Positions 61,892 to 64,000 of a stretch of DNA of 64,000 bases are shown piece after piece (within the stretch, counting starts at the first letter, position 1; every line of letters starts with the position of its first letter). The position numbers and the translations under genes are program-made. Source of the DNA: Octopus sinensis. Its lineage: Eukaryota. The stretch spans positions 28,334,001 to 28,398,000 of the forward strand of contig NC_043012.1 in NCBI RefSeq assembly GCF_006345805.1, written 5' to 3'. Under the pieces are notes generated by a model. It was not told the origin of the DNA and ran no database searches. It worked only from the letters and a program-made list of their open reading frames with translations.

Positions 61892-62045
61892 AGTTATACA
61901 AATATAAACGAGAGATCTGACAGGTGTTTAACATAATAATCTTTTCTACTGTAGGCATGAGGCCTGAATTTGAACTCAGAACGTACGGATGGACGAAATG
62001 CCATTAAGCATTTAGCCAGGCCTGCCAACGATTCGGCCAGCTCGC

Positions 62046-62092
<47 letters not shown>

Positions 62093-62124
62093 ATAATAAT
62101 AATATAATAATAATAATAATAATA

Positions 62125-62317
62125 ATAACAAAAACACCAGGACTTACAAACACATATAACATACAGAAAATAGCACTACTAGGCACTGCACACATCCTAC
62201 GCAGAACACTTTCCATACAATAACCATCAGAGCATCACAACAAATCACAGCACATACCCAAGGCACACAGAGCTGCGCTCGGTAGTGAAGTGAAAGCACG
62301 CTATAAAAATAAAACTA

Positions 62318-62371
<54 letters not shown>
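62125..62371 (+). mobile_element. 5'-truncated R4/Dong-like LINE 3' end within (TAA)n
   Basis: TPGLTNTYNIQKIALLGTAHILRRTLSIQ* (stop 62221-62223), ~95-nt UTR, (TAA)n on both sides. Confidence 0.8.
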
Positions 62372-62373
<2 letters not shown>

Positions 62374-63206
62374 TTGATTTCTTTTATTTGCAACCTTAGC
62401 GAAGGATGAGGGGAACAATACAAAGACAGACATAAAGTGCGGGGGTTTACATATGATGGGGAAAAAATAAACACGGGATACATTAAAAGAAGGGAAGTGT
62501 ACATAGTATACGGCACTAGAAGAAGAAAAAGAAAGAAAAAAGTGATAGTGACAGGGTCCTCCGGAACAAACTTGTCAGTTTGTCTTCGTTGACGCCTAGG
62601 GTCTCCCCGAGGACGTCGACGCACTTCCCGGCTATTAATTCTGTGTGTATAGTAAAAGTGAAACATTCACCGATCCTATTGCCTAACTTGCAGAAGACAG
62701 TGAGAGCCTGACGACAATGTTCGTCACCGAGCGTCAGGTTTTAGCCGACACCTAGTGCACCTAGCGATAGAAGGTCGTCTTTCTGGCAGTTGCTGTGAAG
62801 ATCTTAGCCGGGATGGTAACTTGTGCTTACTCTCATACACCTTCACAAGTTGTTTCACTTCTGTAACTCCTGTCTCTATCACTTAATGAGAGCTTAAAGA
62901 AATGCATTGATTTACAGCCATCGTAACACAAGATTATCTGGCCATGAGGTTAACTCCATAACTTTCTCTGTATTCTTCGTTATTCGTGTTCTTATTATTG
63001 TTATTGTTGCTCTTGCTGCTGCTGTTGCCATTGTTATTTTTGCTGTTGTTGTTGAGCGAAGCGGTCTTCGTCTCACAGCTCGCAAGATGGGAGAAGTCCG
63101 AAACGCGGTCCTATGCTATTCGTAAGACCCGCAGAAGAGAAAGCAGGTCAACCCCCGACATGGATGAATGTGCATTTAGGTTCAGCGGTTGCGTAGGATG
63201 TCGGGG

Positions 63207-63404
63207 ATAAGAAACAGGAAGAAATAGTGAGAGAAAGTTGGAGCGAAAGAGTACAACAGGGGTCGCCACCAACTCTGCCGGATCCTCGTGGAGCTTTAGG
63301 TGTTTTTGCTCAATAAACACACACAACGCCCGGTCTGAGAATCGAAACCGCGATCCTCCGACCGCGAGTCCGCTGCCCTAACCATTGGGCCATTGCGCCT
63401 CCAC
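63207..63404 (-). mobile_element. SINE family C, 5' part
   Basis: GTGGAGGCGCAATGGCCCAATGGTTAGGGCAGCGGACTCGCGGTCGGAGGATCGCGGTTTCGATTC. Confidence 0.85.
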
Positions 63405-64000
63405 TTGCTATTGCTGCTACTGATTCTGCTACTGATTCTGCTGCTGTTATTATTTTTACTGCTACCTTCATTTGCTGGTATGCGAGCTGGACTTTGAGCT
63501 AAAATCATAATAGTTTTCCCCATCTCTTCGCAAGCATTGCTGTTGTTTATATTGTTTTCGTTAAATGTTGTTATTACTGCTGCTGCTGCCGTCGAGCCTC
63601 CACTCTCTAATGAAGATGGTTGCGGTGTGAGGGCTTCTTGCTTCCTACTCATTCAGACAGTTTGTTAACGCCAAATCAATTAACTTTCCTTACGCTTTGA
63701 GAAATCGCGAGCATTTCGTCTCTCCATAAATAGTGGTAAAAGAATCAAACAAATTACTTGTACTTAATCAAAAGAAGTCAATATATTTGACGATTAACAT
63801 CAGTAGAACCCGTTGAAACAATTTCTTATATTGGCGTAAGGGCTAAAATTTTTAGTGAAAAGCGAACCGTTTTATGGACCTCACTAACTTGAGTGGAACA
63901 GATGAAAGGATTTGGACTGAGTGTAAAAATCCTAAACAAATACAGCAAAGCATTTTCTCCATTGTTCTAACAATTTTGTCAATCTACAATATCAAGTTTG

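Overview
AT-rich, microsatellite- and transposon-dense animal genomic DNA. The SINE/LINE families and (TA)n/(TACA)n/(TATC)n content look like an octopus genome; this is recognition, not a database result. I can support one host gene: a complete, intact 8-exon CHMP2B (ESCRT-III) on the minus strand, CDS join(41754..41718, 35934..35843, 28400..28359, 23050..22949, 19284..19234, 17171..17069, 15526..15420, 9569..9462). It is 642 nt = 213 aa + stop, and every intron is GT-AG and phase-compatible. The rest is mostly decayed mobile DNA: tRNA-derived SINEs (at least 4 families), RTE, R4/Dong-like, Tx1/L1-like and Penelope retroelements, one TIR-complete Tc1, mariner/maT/hAT remnants, a piggyBac-type MITE and a 3'-truncated Mag-like Ty3/gypsy element with LTR and tRNA-Leu PBS. 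Most ORF-track entries are microsatellite or TE artefacts. I found no CRISPR array, RNA gene or clearly new protein system. The best second-look items are: (1) a sharp CpG-depletion boundary near 40 kb, consistent with a gene-body methylation footprint; (2) near-perfect long hairpins in CHMP2B introns and upstream; (3) two degenerate minimal hammerhead-like motifs in short microsatellite-embedded repeats; (4) a foldback-like element with ~260-bp arms; (5) R4/Dong-like 3' ends in (TAA)n and (TACA)n; (6) a 95-bp direct repeat bracketing the CHMP2B terminal exon. TE boundaries not defined by TIRs or TSDs are approximate.
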